DNA of 64,000 nt from Flavobacteriales bacterium (GCA_040377305.1 JBEIPA010000005.1:160001-224000); one strand, 5' to 3'. Counted from the first letter of the stretch, positions 38,103 through 48,288 are shown. Numbers and translations are program-made. The notes: generated by a model not told the origin, from the sequence alone.

Positions 38103-38600
38103 ATGTCACTCACACGAGTAATCATCGTCATTCTGGTTCTTATTTCAGTCAACTTATCTGCTACGCCCGGCGACACTATTCGTCTTAGTGAAATGGGAGG
38201 TAAATACGTTGGAGACGTAAATGCAGAAGGGTTGCCAGAAGGCTACGGGAAATTTTTCTGGGATTACGGCGGCAACTATATCGGCAATTGGAAGAATGGT
38301 GTATTTCATGGTAGCGGGCGCAGGGAATGGCACACTGGAGATTTCTACGATGGAGAATGGAAATACGGCATGAGACATGGCTCCGGCACTATGCATTGGT
38401 CAGTTAATATGTCGTATGTCGGCAAATGGAAATTCGATCAGGAACACGGATCCGGAGAAATAACTTATCCTGGTGGCGATAAACGAACAGGAAAGTGGAA
38501 GCACGGACAAATGCATGGTAATGGTTATCTCATTTCTGCGGATGGAACCAAAACAAAACGAAAGTGGAATCATGGGCGTATCGTGAAACAGAAACCATAA
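38103..38600 (+). CDS. MORN-repeat secreted protein
   Basis: Signal peptide; repeated Y.G.WK.G..HG.G. Confidence 0.9.
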   Translation: MSLTRVIIVILVLISVNLSATPGDTIRLSEMGGKYVGDVNAEGLPEGYGKFFWDYGGNYIGNWKNGVFHGSGRREWHTGDFYDGEWKYGMRHGSGTMHWSVNMSYVGKWKFDQEHGSGEITYPGGDKRTGKWKHGQMHGNGYLISADGTKTKRKWNHGRIVKQKP

Positions 38601-38686
38601 AACGACAGTTCGCATTCCGACCATCTAACCAATTTCTTCGATTACCTGCTTGACGCTTTCTTACCGGTGAATTATTTTCACGCTAT

Positions 38687-39070
38687 ATGAAGTTCACCAA
38701 CGCAAATATCGACACCACATTCGAGAAAGGAATTCTTCACGTGAAGTTCCTGAACAATGCAGTAGTAACAGAGCGGGATCTGCAGGAGATTTACCAGTAC
38801 GGAACGAAATGTTCCAATGCACTTCCCTATTGTTCACTGTTCGAAGCGTTTGGTCATTACGAAGTAAGAGAAGACGCACTTGCGTACATCAATAAGAATC
38901 CGCACAACATTTTCATTCTCGGAAAAGCGTACGTGATGAACACAAAAGAAGCGGAACAGAAAATCAAATTGCATCTGATTTTTGACAACCCAGCCTTGAA
39001 GCCCTACACTTTTCACACAGTGGAAGAAGCGAAAGTCTATCTGAGATCGGTGATGGCGAATCAGCCCTGA
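38687..39070 (+). CDS. STAS/SpoIIAA-like small protein
   Basis: GILHVKF...F.TVEEA..YL pattern; similar to 52435-52839. Confidence 0.6.
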   Translation: MKFTNANIDTTFEKGILHVKFLNNAVVTERDLQEIYQYGTKCSNALPYCSLFEAFGHYEVREDALAYINKNPHNIFILGKAYVMNTKEAEQKIKLHLIFDNPALKPYTFHTVEEAKVYLRSVMANQP

Positions 39071-40596
39071 TCAGTATCCCGCTCGTGAGACTTACTCACC
39101 AACACAATTCTGAATTTGCGTTTGTATTCGTCCTGAAGCCATCTCACGTAATTGAGCGAGGTTTTCTCCAGACACCAGCAATACTGTCGCATGCGGTATT
39201 CAATTTCATCATTGAGAAGAATTGAAAGTTCAAGCGCTTCGTCAACGTTGCTGCTGTTGTCGAGACACATTGCGACGTGCTGATCCATGGAGCGATCAAT
39301 CACCACTTTCGGACGTTCACCGATTCCCAAAGCTTTTCGGTGTTCTGCTTTCACATCGAAATCAATGTCTGTGCTCTTGCTGAATCGTTCGCGCAATTCT
39401 GCAGGCATGGTATAACGATAGGTCCGCTCAATTTCCTCATCGCTCATGATTCCTTCGAGATAACTCTCCGGCGTTTCGAAAATATGTCCCCAGTCAATCG
39501 GTCCATTCCATAAACCGAAGCGGGAGAAATTGTTACCGAGATCGATCACGGTAAATTCTTTCTTGTTATCAAGTATTCGCGAGCCACGACCAATCATCTG
39601 AAAATACAGAGTCAGTGATTTCGTTGCGCGATTGAGAATGATACAATCAACTGTCGGTTCATCGAAACCCGTTGTGAGAATACTCACTGAAGTCAGAATC
39701 GCATCAGGCTTATTACGGAACCATTCGAGAATTTCACGGCGCTCCTTCGAAGAATACGTGTGATCGAGGTGCTTGATGTCGTAACCAGCTTCCTTGAACG
39801 TAACGTACACATACTGAGAAGTCGCTACACCGTTATTGAAGATGAGCGTTTTCTTACCTAAACCTTTTTCGCGATACGCGTGCAAGAGTTTATCCTGCAT
39901 CACATGACTATTGTACACGCGTTCCGATGAACTAACGGTGTAATCGCCATTGCGTCCAACCTTGAGAGCAGTGAGTCCAACGTGATAATGCCAGGTAACT
40001 GCATTCGCCAGGAATCCTTTTGCAATCAACGAAGGAATTGATTCACCTACGATCAACTCATTGTAAGTATCGCGCATCCGAATTTCAATGTTCGAGCTGA
40101 GCGGAGTTGCGGTTACGCCAAGTACAACACCTTTCTCGTAGAACTTGAACATCTTACCGAAGGAGTTGTAGTGCGCTTCATCGATGATCATCAACCCCAC
40201 GTTATCCAGATCCAGAATCTCATCGCGTAAACGGTTGTTCAGTGTTTCCACCATCGCAACGAAACACATGAACGTATTTGGCATTGGAATTTCCTTCACC
40301 TCGCTGTCGATGATCATATTCGGAACACCGAACTCATTCAACATGGTCGATGTTTGCGCACACAATTCAATGCGATGTGTAAGGATGAGAACTTTCTTGC
40401 CGGTTTCTGCAATGAAACGTCGTGCAATCTCCGAGAAGATGACGGTCTTACCACCGCCCGTAGGCAGTTGATATAAAAGGTTAAAGTTGTGCGGATTGTC
40501 GTGGATCTTTTTCAAGATCTCGTCAATAGCATTTTGCTGATAAGCGTAAAGTTGCTTACCCTGCTTTATTTCCTGTGGTAGAATGGAATCAGACAA
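39061..40596 (-). CDS. Superfamily 2 DEAH-box helicase (RadD/YejH-like)
   Basis: YQQ, LPTGGGKT, IIDEAH, TATP, LTTGFD, QMIGRGSR. Start placed at TTG 40596 because the 40605 TTG lies inside the TATCTTTG box. Confidence 0.9.
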   Translation of the reverse strand: MSDSILPQEIKQGKQLYAYQQNAIDEILKKIHDNPHNFNLLYQLPTGGGKTVIFSEIARRFIAETGKKVLILTHRIELCAQTSTMLNEFGVPNMIIDSEVKEIPMPNTFMCFVAMVETLNNRLRDEILDLDNVGLMIIDEAHYNSFGKMFKFYEKGVVLGVTATPLSSNIEIRMRDTYNELIVGESIPSLIAKGFLANAVTWHYHVGLTALKVGRNGDYTVSSSERVYNSHVMQDKLLHAYREKGLGKKTLIFNNGVATSQYVYVTFKEAGYDIKHLDHTYSSKERREILEWFRNKPDAILTSVSILTTGFDEPTVDCIILNRATKSLTLYFQMIGRGSRILDNKKEFTVIDLGNNFSRFGLWNGPIDWGHIFETPESYLEGIMSDEEIERTYRYTMPAELRERFSKSTDIDFDVKAEHRKALGIGERPKVVIDRSMDQHVAMCLDNSSNVDEALELSILLNDEIEYRMRQYCWCLEKTSLNYVRWLQDEYKRKFRIVLVSKSHERDTDQG

Positions 40597-40619
40597 AGTG
40601 TGCAAAGATACTACGCAAA

Positions 40620-40709
40620 AAGGGATAAGGGAATAGGGGATTAAGGGAATACGGCATTCAGGCGTAAATAAATTTGCCCAAATCCCCCAATCCCCTAATT
40701 CCCAATTAC
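40620..40709. repeat. Inverted array of degenerate octamers (AGGGAATA / AATCCCCT)
   Basis: aagggata-agggaata-ggggatta-agggaata followed by aatccccc-aatcccct-aattccc-aattac. Confidence 0.75.
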
Positions 40710-41036
40710 CTATTTGCGTTTTCGAGAGCCTAAATATGCCGCTCCGGCAACGCCTGCCATCGCAACCGCCCCAATCAACATCTTCCGTTTACGTGGCATC
40801 TTCTTGAACGCTTTTACGACAATTAGTCCCATAGTAGCAGTATCAATAACGCGTTCCCAACGACGAACTTTATCGGCAAATCCGCGTGGCAACACATTAA
40901 TCCACGACAACTTCTCCGATTCCGGTTCGACTGACTCTGTATATTTTCTTTTTGCAGGATCATTGTCCCGCAAATCGTGCTTGCTTGTTCCCCCGCCTTC
41001 CATGTCGGGCCCGAAGTGAATTACCATCTTTCTCAT
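40710..41036 (-). CDS. Hypothetical protein with C-terminal membrane anchor
   Basis: LIGAVAMAGVAGAAYLG followed by a basic tail. Confidence 0.6.
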   Translation of the reverse strand: MRKMVIHFGPDMEGGGTSKHDLRDNDPAKRKYTESVEPESEKLSWINVLPRGFADKVRRWERVIDTATMGLIVVKAFKKMPRKRKMLIGAVAMAGVAGAAYLGSRKRK

Positions 41037-41209
41037 AGCGTCAGCGATTTAAAATTGAACTTCACTTTAATCTCGTCTGTTTATACTATGAAAATTGCGT
41101 GCCTCAGGATGCTTGAATGAATAATGACGGTGAATAGCTGCGAGTGATCGAAGGATGATTTTTTTAGCAACAACTAAAACGCCGATTTGCTGAAATTCAT
41201 CCACACTTT

Positions 41210-41962
41210 CTACGGATATTTATCAGATCCCTGCACCCAAATGAAGGATTGCAAATCGATATAGTCTCGTGGCTTGAGGTGAAGAGTATCCTCGCGAACC
41301 TGCTCAGCGAACTCCAGCATGTTCTGATACGTTTCCCACTGTGGTTTCGAAGTATAATAGAAATCGTACTTGTAATTCTCCGCTGCAACCTGCGTAACAC
41401 GTGGCTTCAGAAAAATATGTTCATTTGGATTCGCGAGAAAACCGAAAACCGAAACCACTGGCCATGTAAACACCTGTGTTTGCACTCTCGGCAGGCGACG
41501 CACACATTCTATCCAGAGTTCAAAGCGATCTTTAATATCGTCTTCGCCATAAACAAATTGATATAATCCCTCTGCAAACAAACGCGCTCCTGCTGATGTT
41601 CTTACCGCATCACGCAACGCCATCTTCTCGAAAGAAAATAGCAGGTTTGTCCGCGATTCAATTCGGCCAGCTTCCTGCGCTATCTCATCGTAATTGCCCT
41701 GCTTCAGCAATTTCTCAAACCGTGTCCGTCCAAGTTTTTCTTCGAACAGCAAATGTGCATTCCATTTGTACTCGCGCTCCCAGCCTATGTATGTCTCATC
41801 CGCAAATCCGTTTTTGAAATAACGGAGAAACTTACGTTGGCAGGTTGCGCGCTCCCGCTGAACTTTAACCGTATTTGAATCTCCCATACTGCTCAATATC
41901 TCTGACTTCCCCATGATTCTGCTTTCAGATACTGGATAAAATTCTGTGCCATTTTGTTTCAC
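41210..41962 (-). CDS. Conserved-looking hypothetical protein (start uncertain)
   Basis: Long ORF with KFLRYF..GF.DETY..WER.YK, TWP, FLKP and DYIDLQSFIW. Confidence 0.75.
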   Translation of the reverse strand: MKQNGTEFYPVSESRIMGKSEILSSMGDSNTVKVQRERATCQRKFLRYFKNGFADETYIGWEREYKWNAHLLFEEKLGRTRFEKLLKQGNYDEIAQEAGRIESRTNLLFSFEKMALRDAVRTSAGARLFAEGLYQFVYGEDDIKDRFELWIECVRRLPRVQTQVFTWPVVSVFGFLANPNEHIFLKPRVTQVAAENYKYDFYYTSKPQWETYQNMLEFAEQVREDTLHLKPRDYIDLQSFIWVQGSDKYP

Positions 41963-42085
41963 TGGAAATCTTACCGAATCATATCATCGAATGACCGTGC
42001 ATTCCTCAAACTGAGCGGATATTTCCCCTGCATTTGACTATTTGTATCTATCCGCAAGCAATGCGTTATAATTCAAACACAGAAT

Positions 42086-43354
42086 ATGAGAATCCTTGTC
42101 GTAACAATTTTCTTAGTGATCACAACTGCCCTCTCTGCTCAGGAAGTGCTTCGCAATTTTGCGCTGTTTGACTATAACAGTTTTGAACTTACAACCGAAA
42201 CAAAAGCACTGATCGACGGTATGCTCACTGAAATCGGTAGCAGAAAGATTATCAAAGTGGAATTATATGGACACACCGACAGCGATGGTGATGCACAGGC
42301 CAATCTCTTGCTCTCCGAAAACAGAGTGAGTTCAGTGAAAACATACTTGTCTTCAAAAGGAATTACCGAAGCCCGTATCGTAACCGAACACTTCGGAGAA
42401 ACAAAACCGGCTTACAGTAATTCCAACGATGCCGGAATGCACAAGAATCGAAGGGTAGAAATTGTTTTCACGTACGAAGCGGTACAACCAATCGTCATTA
42501 CCCAGGCTGTGCAACCAGCGCCTGCTCCGGTTTCACAACCCACGAAACCGAAACGATCATCTCCGATCACAGGAACCACACAGGTGTTTAAAGTGAACGC
42601 GAAAAATGAAATCGATATTACCGGAAGTTTGGGAACACACTTTATTTTTCCGAAGAACTGTTTCACTGATGCCAATGGAAAGTCGGTAAGTGGCGATTTC
42701 ACCATAGAGATTGTTGAAGTCTATACGAGAGATGAAATGATCCGTCACAATCTCAATACAACTTCAAACAACAAACTCCTTGAATCGGGCGGCATGGCGT
42801 ATGTGCGCGCCAGCAACAGCGATGGTGAGTTGAGCCTTGCGTCTTACGCACAGTACACCGTTGAGTTTCCAACCGACAATCAGATAAAAGGAATGCAGCT
42901 TTTCTATGGAGATACCAGTTCCGGAAATCTTGATTGGGTTCCAAAGCCAGCACCTGTTACCAAAGGAGGCGATTGGGATTACGCAGCACAGCAGTCGCTT
43001 GACAAATACGTTTTTACCTCCTCCAAACTTGGCTGGATCAATTGCGACCATTTTCTTCTCAACTATGTTGTGACCGATTTGGTGGTTGAATCGAACGATA
43101 CTGCCGGCGTGAGTTTTTGTCTGGTGTTCAAAGACTTCAACTCGATAATGTTGCGCGATCTGAATGCAGACGAAATTACATTCCGCAATGTTCCCGTCGG
43201 CCAAACTGCAACCATTGTCGCGTTCCGGAAAACGGAGGCGGGTGCTTTTTACGCGAGCCAGCAAGTAAAGCTCGAAGACAATATGCATCAATCTATTTCC
43301 ATGGTACAACTCACCGAAGAAGTGTTTCAGAAAGAGATCGGGGAGTTCCGTTAG
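42086..43354 (+). CDS. Secreted protein with N-terminal OmpA-like peptidoglycan-binding domain
   Basis: GHTDSDG, N..LSENR, NRRVEI; C-terminal domain with LESGGM and LGWINCD. Confidence 0.85.
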   Translation: MRILVVTIFLVITTALSAQEVLRNFALFDYNSFELTTETKALIDGMLTEIGSRKIIKVELYGHTDSDGDAQANLLLSENRVSSVKTYLSSKGITEARIVTEHFGETKPAYSNSNDAGMHKNRRVEIVFTYEAVQPIVITQAVQPAPAPVSQPTKPKRSSPITGTTQVFKVNAKNEIDITGSLGTHFIFPKNCFTDANGKSVSGDFTIEIVEVYTRDEMIRHNLNTTSNNKLLESGGMAYVRASNSDGELSLASYAQYTVEFPTDNQIKGMQLFYGDTSSGNLDWVPKPAPVTKGGDWDYAAQQSLDKYVFTSSKLGWINCDHFLLNYVVTDLVVESNDTAGVSFCLVFKDFNSIMLRDLNADEITFRNVPVGQTATIVAFRKTEAGAFYASQQVKLEDNMHQSISMVQLTEEVFQKEIGEFR

Positions 43355-43402
43355 GTCCTTTGATCAAGCAGACCATGTTTGCATTTTCGCTAACTTGCCT
43401 CT

Positions 43403-43681
43403 ATGAATATTCTCGATTTGCTGATCGGCCTCACGCTGATGAATGCCATGCCACATTACGTTCTCGGCGTGTGGAACGCCAAAATGCTTAGCGGATTCGG
43501 AACGGGCAACACAAAAAACATCGTGTGGGGACTCTGCAATTTCGCACTGTCCGTTGGTCTGTTTATTTACGAGTACGGATTCGTAGGTTTTGTAAATCAC
43601 CAGATGTATACGGGTGCGCTGATTGTACTTATTACCTTCTTTTTCACTTCACCGTTTTGGTATAAGCACTACAACAAATGA
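43403..43681 (+). CDS. Small membrane protein
   Basis: Three hydrophobic segments; NAMPH motif. Confidence 0.65.
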   Translation: MNILDLLIGLTLMNAMPHYVLGVWNAKMLSGFGTGNTKNIVWGLCNFALSVGLFIYEYGFVGFVNHQMYTGALIVLITFFFTSPFWYKHYNK

Positions 43682-44385
43682 AATATTCATTTTTCATTGC
43701 CTCGCTTACCTGCGCGTTCATTCTTTTTTCCTGTGGTGAACCAAAAGCGGAACCAGAAACGGATTTAAATATCCTCAAGGCTGATGAACGTGATTTGTGC
43801 GCTTCGCAAAACATTGACTCCACGTTAATTTTGCTACTTCGCGAAACTTCAAGAGCAAAGCTGGACGTTTTCCTTCCTGATAGTGTATACACATTCGATT
43901 CCGCTGATAATTGGATTTCCCGTGCTTCTAATCTTCAGGGTGTAATGTTTGAAGCAACTTCCGGTCAGGCAGCTGCTTTGTGCGACGAGTATGGTGATGA
44001 TTTCAATACGAAAGGTCACACCATTTACGTCTTCGAACAAAATTTCGGAATTGACAGCGAAAAAGACAAAGTTGCGATTGTCAATACATCCGACAAGTAC
44101 GAAATTCTTCGCGAGACTGCGACGGATGGAATAAACTACGACATTGATAACGACAGCGTGATCACCATCATTAAAACATTCGACGCCAAATATGATCTTA
44201 TACTTACAGGATGTGGATTGGACTGGTGTCAGTTCAACATTGGTAAAGCCCCTTCTGATTGGGAAATGATGGCGAAAGAAGTGTACGATGTATGTCCGGA
44301 CGTAGTGGATCAGGGAACGGGAAGTGTAGAGGATTTGGCCAAGGAGCTTGAGGAGTTCAAGACGCTTTATTTGTGGTGGGACTAA
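43678..44385 (+). CDS. DUF4253 domain lipoprotein
   Basis: Lipobox LFSC; TDGINY, CPDVVDQG, C-terminal LWWD. Confidence 0.88.
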   Translation: MKYSFFIASLTCAFILFSCGEPKAEPETDLNILKADERDLCASQNIDSTLILLLRETSRAKLDVFLPDSVYTFDSADNWISRASNLQGVMFEATSGQAAALCDEYGDDFNTKGHTIYVFEQNFGIDSEKDKVAIVNTSDKYEILRETATDGINYDIDNDSVITIIKTFDAKYDLILTGCGLDWCQFNIGKAPSDWEMMAKEVYDVCPDVVDQGTGSVEDLAKELEEFKTLYLWWD

Positions 44386-44852
44386 TGGAACCTTCACACC
44401 TAAATCGCTCTTTGCTTTCCCTGCGTTCGATTTGTCTTAAGAAAATAGCAGGCAAAGATCTGATTGACAACAAAGAGTTGCTCGGTTTATTTCAAACTAC
44501 GCGTACTGTAATTCGTGAATATCAGCAGCAACATCAGATTCCCGAAATGGAAATTGTGTTGGAACGAATGCCTGATCCTGTGACTTTTGAAACGCGACCA
44601 TTCTTTTTCGAGGCGTATCGTTATGTGTATGAAATCATTTTGTTGCTTATAGGAATGGTTACCGCCTTTTTTTCTCCTTGGATAGGGCTTCCGCTACTAC
44701 TTCTTGTGCTGATCGTAGATATCACCGTTCGCATTCTCATGAATCGGAGAAACTCGCGCATCATTGATGCTTTGCATCAGATCGCAGGAGGCTGCTCATC
44801 CATAGAAATGCTGGTCCGGAATAATGAATCGTACATTACTGCGAAAGTGTAA
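44385..44852 (+). CDS. Hypothetical membrane protein
   Basis: TAATG coupling to the upstream gene; two transmembrane helices. Confidence 0.6.
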   Translation: MEPSHLNRSLLSLRSICLKKIAGKDLIDNKELLGLFQTTRTVIREYQQQHQIPEMEIVLERMPDPVTFETRPFFFEAYRYVYEIILLLIGMVTAFFSPWIGLPLLLLVLIVDITVRILMNRRNSRIIDALHQIAGGCSSIEMLVRNNESYITAKV

Positions 44853-45032
44853 GGTCTGCCCCGCAGAAACGATCAATTTTTTTGCGGGATCGTCGCACAC
44901 TGTGACGTGAACGTTACAAATTGTTGACACTGTTGCACAATTTAAATTCCCATTAACGCAATTCAAGTTCAAATTTGCATTGGTACGGCTTATGCATGGT
45001 ATTATACGTACGAAGATCAATTCGCACTTTGT

Positions 45033-45190
45033 GAAGCTCTGTTTAGTGAAGTCGCAACTGGTTTGTCAAGTGGGCGCAACGGACATCGGGAACATGGGTA
45101 TTTTCCTACTTTCCATCCATGACCAACGAATAGGTAGACGAGCCTGTCATCCGTTAGCTAGTGTCAAAGACTTCTACTGAACAGAGTTTC
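45033..45190 (+). ncRNA. Candidate structured non-coding RNA (alternatively a MITE)
   Basis: 45033-45053 pairs with 45169-45190 (21 bp, two G-U pairs, one bulge), with further internal helices. A CAAATTTG promoter-like box lies at 44970-44977. No family recognised. Confidence 0.5.
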
Positions 45191-45300
45191 TTTATCACTT
45201 CCAGTTTCTGTTCGTGTTTCTCCGGTGTGTTGCGACTCAATTCAGTAACTTCACGCAACATATCACCGGGAAAAATATTAACGAATCTTCTTCCAATACT

Positions 45301-46875
45301 ATGCGCTTTCTCTTCGTGTTGTTCTGCCTTGCTGTGTCACAAATGTTGTCCGCTCAAATCATGTTTGAGAAAACATTACGCGACACCGTTTCCATGTCTG
45401 CTCAATGCGCAGAACCACTTCCCGACGGTGGCTATATAGCCTGTGCGTCAATCCGGGGCGCCACCCGTTACCATGCCACACTGCTTCGTCTGGATTCTGC
45501 AGCCAATGTAATCTGGACTAAAACCTACGCCGGATTCGTTGATCAATTTGCTATGGATGTTAAACCTGTTACTGGTGGTGGATTTGTTTTGCTGGTTCAA
45601 AAACAACAAATGACTTCGTATGAAGCAATGGTGATACGTACCGATTCTGCAGGAAATATTATCTGGCAACAATCGTATGGAGGACCTGGAGATGAAGAAG
45701 TGAAGGAAATCATGGAAACATCCGATGGTGGATTTCTCATTTCCTGTCAATCGAATTCATACGGATATTATCCCGGTGCTACACTAATTAAAATAGATGC
45801 CGCAGGTGCAGTCCTGTGGAGCAGGAACTACAGAGGTAACCGGGGTGCTGCAGGTTGCAGCGCAAAAGAAGTTCCGACAGGTGGATACATACTTACAGCG
45901 CGCCTAATGGATAGCGTAGTCGGTTATGTAAACGATGTAATGGTTGTGCGGGTCGATGTCAATGGTATTATTCAATGGTCAACTGTTTTCGGTTCAACGA
46001 ATACGGAAGAACCGTACGACATTGAAGTGTCGCCGGACAACGGATGCTATGTAACGGGCAGATTGTACGGTATTGGTGCAGGTCACACAGACATTTTTCT
46101 TTCCAGACTTGATTCTCTTGGAAACCTGATGTGGACGAAAACATACGGCGGTCCCGGTTTCGAATTGAGTTACGACATGGATGTGACGCGCGACAGTGGA
46201 ATAGTTATCAGCGGGTGGACAACAAGTTTCAGTGCAACAACAAATGATTATTATCTCATCAGGACAGATTCAGATGGTGACACTTTGTGGACCAGCATCA
46301 GTAACAGCCCTACTACCGGCGGCAACTTTATGTGGAATGTTGCAGAAACAAGTGATGGTGGGTTTATATGTTCGGGTGAATCCCATTTAACGGGCAACTT
46401 CATATATGTGATGTACCTGGTAAAAACCGGACCCGACGGGAATACCGGATGCAACCAGCAGGGAACTGCTACGCTAGTTGTGGATACTGTATTACCAGTT
46501 ACCAATCTCAACGTTGTGGCAATTAGCGGGAGCGCAGTCGTTACAACTGCGGTCACTGTAGGAACATGTGTATTCATTGATTCAACCTATTGCTCAAATG
46601 TTGGAATTCACGAACAGGCAGCTCATGAAAATCAAATTTCTGTTTACCCATGTCCTGCCTCAACATCCATCACAATTACTTCCGATGCGTATCTCCACAA
46701 CGCGAAAATTATCATCTGGAATTCCGTTGGACAGCTCGTTCAGCAACATTCCGGAGCGTATGGACATTCTGTCGCACTTGACTGCAGTGAATTAACATCC
46801 GGAATCTACTTTATCACCGTAACCGACGGACCGGAAGTTTCATCGACGCGGCAGTTAATGATCATCAATGAATAG
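45301..46875 (+). CDS. T9SS type A cargo with beta-propeller-like repeats (paralog of 5557-7080)
   Basis: Signal peptide; D..GN..W...YGG and TSDGGF repeats; C-terminal domain VYPCPA...GIYFI. Confidence 0.85.
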   Translation: MRFLFVLFCLAVSQMLSAQIMFEKTLRDTVSMSAQCAEPLPDGGYIACASIRGATRYHATLLRLDSAANVIWTKTYAGFVDQFAMDVKPVTGGGFVLLVQKQQMTSYEAMVIRTDSAGNIIWQQSYGGPGDEEVKEIMETSDGGFLISCQSNSYGYYPGATLIKIDAAGAVLWSRNYRGNRGAAGCSAKEVPTGGYILTARLMDSVVGYVNDVMVVRVDVNGIIQWSTVFGSTNTEEPYDIEVSPDNGCYVTGRLYGIGAGHTDIFLSRLDSLGNLMWTKTYGGPGFELSYDMDVTRDSGIVISGWTTSFSATTNDYYLIRTDSDGDTLWTSISNSPTTGGNFMWNVAETSDGGFICSGESHLTGNFIYVMYLVKTGPDGNTGCNQQGTATLVVDTVLPVTNLNVVAISGSAVVTTAVTVGTCVFIDSTYCSNVGIHEQAAHENQISVYPCPASTSITITSDAYLHNAKIIIWNSVGQLVQQHSGAYGHSVALDCSELTSGIYFITVTDGPEVSSTRQLMIINE

Positions 46876-47003
46876 CAGGACAAAACGTATGCTCTGCAAT
46901 ACCGGCTCAATCACGGTACAATGACGCACGGATGGCAGCAGGAGGATTTATGAAAACTCAAATGTTTTTGTAAATTGCCTTTGCTGAATAAACCCGCTAA
47001 CCC

Positions 47004-47693
47004 ATGTCAGTTCCAGAACCGCACCGGGATCTGTTGATCTCTTACACAACACTTCGCAGAATAATTGGAATACTCGGAATTGCATTGCCCTTTGTATTAT
47101 GGCTTGGATCCATGGTCATTGGTCAATGTGATGAGAAACAACTTTCAATCAGCAACTACTATCATACCCGTATGGGCGATGTCTTTGTAGGTACACTCTG
47201 CGCAATTTCACTTTTTCTGTTCACCTACAAGGGTCACAACAAAGCCGATGGAATTCTTGGCAACATAGCGGGTGTTCTTGGTGTTTTGGTTGCTCTGTTT
47301 CCCACAACGTTGAAGAAGAACGGAGATGGACTTGCCATACAATGCAACATTTCCCGAACCGTTCAGAATCCGGAATGGATAGGCGCGTTTCATAACATCT
47401 GCGCCGGCTTGTTGTTACTTTCGTTGGCGTTATTTTCAATTTGGTTGTTCACGAAAAAGCGCGATGGTGAAGAGCCAACTTCTGAGAAGAAAATACGTAA
47501 TGGTATTTATATCGGCTGCGGAATTGTGATGATACTTTGCGTTATAGCTTGCGCACTTTTTCTGTACATCGACTCGTGGAAGGAAGTTGCGCTTGAACAT
47601 AAACTCATTTTCTGGCTGGAAACCGTTGCACTTTGCGCCTTCGGAACTTCCTGGCTGGTGAAAGGCGAAACGCTTTGGCGCGACAAAAAATAA
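47004..47693 (+). CDS. Multi-pass membrane protein (DUF998-like)
   Basis: LRRIIGILG, SISNYYHT, FVGTL, WLETVA, SWLVKG. Confidence 0.7.
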   Translation: MSVPEPHRDLLISYTTLRRIIGILGIALPFVLWLGSMVIGQCDEKQLSISNYYHTRMGDVFVGTLCAISLFLFTYKGHNKADGILGNIAGVLGVLVALFPTTLKKNGDGLAIQCNISRTVQNPEWIGAFHNICAGLLLLSLALFSIWLFTKKRDGEEPTSEKKIRNGIYIGCGIVMILCVIACALFLYIDSWKEVALEHKLIFWLETVALCAFGTSWLVKGETLWRDKK

Positions 47694-47713
47694 CAACACA
47701 AAAAAACAATCCT

Positions 47714-47926
47714 ATGACTAAAGCATCATCCGATCAGAAGAAAACACTCAAAGGCAAAATTCTGTTGTTGCGAAAAAAAGGTTTACAGGCTTACGGCAAT
47801 GATTTAGACCGTCAGCTTAAAGCAGCGGGAACTTCTAAGTTGAAGCAGGCGTATCGCGGTTACCTCGAGAAAGAAATTGCAAAGAACAACGAGCGCATCG
47901 CCAAAATTGACGCGAAACTGAAATAG
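47714..47926 (+). CDS. Small basic helical hypothetical protein
   Basis: 70 aa from ATG 47714 with an A-rich leader; K-rich and coiled-coil-like. Confidence 0.55.
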   Translation: MTKASSDQKKTLKGKILLLRKKGLQAYGNDLDRQLKAAGTSKLKQAYRGYLEKEIAKNNERIAKIDAKLK

Positions 47927-47988
47927 GTCTGCGTTAATTTTTCTCAATAAGTAAAGAGCAACGAAAACTTGTTCTATTATTGAGCAAT

Positions 47989-48288
47989 ATGCGTCGCCTT
48001 CCTGTTATCGGATTCCTCATCGGTTTGTTCTGTGCCTTTCTTTGGTACGCACCTATGATATTCCGCCTAGACCTCGGTGATGCCCCGCAGGAATCCTTAA
48101 TACGCGATTTTCTTGTGTGGATATCTACGCCGGTTGCACACATCGTAGCGGCAATCAAGGGTTGGCCTCTGCAACAGGAAGCGGCGATTTACATTTACGT
48201 CTTCTACGCCATTCCAATTACACTTCCGCTGCTCGGACTTCTACTTGGGCTCACTTGGTCGGGAATCAAAAGGCTCCGTAACCATTAA
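47989..48288 (+). CDS. Hypothetical membrane protein
   Basis: Hydrophobic segments; TATTATTG box just upstream. Confidence 0.55.
   Translation: MRRLPVIGFLIGLFCAFLWYAPMIFRLDLGDAPQESLIRDFLVWISTPVAHIVAAIKGWPLQQEAAIYIYVFYAIPITLPLLGLLLGLTWSGIKRLRNH

Noticed and set aside
27619-39070. Integron cassette array suggested by arr
   Set aside because: No attC-like inverted cores are shared between spacers, several spacers are under 30 nt, and no integrase is present.
44860-44888. Hairpin CCCGCAGAAA/TTTTTGCGGG as a terminator
   Set aside because: No U-tract follows on either strand, so its function is unsupported.
44980-45180. 66-aa ORF over the structured element
   Set aside because: It has no recognisable protein features, and base pairing explains the sequence better. 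Coding cannot be fully excluded.
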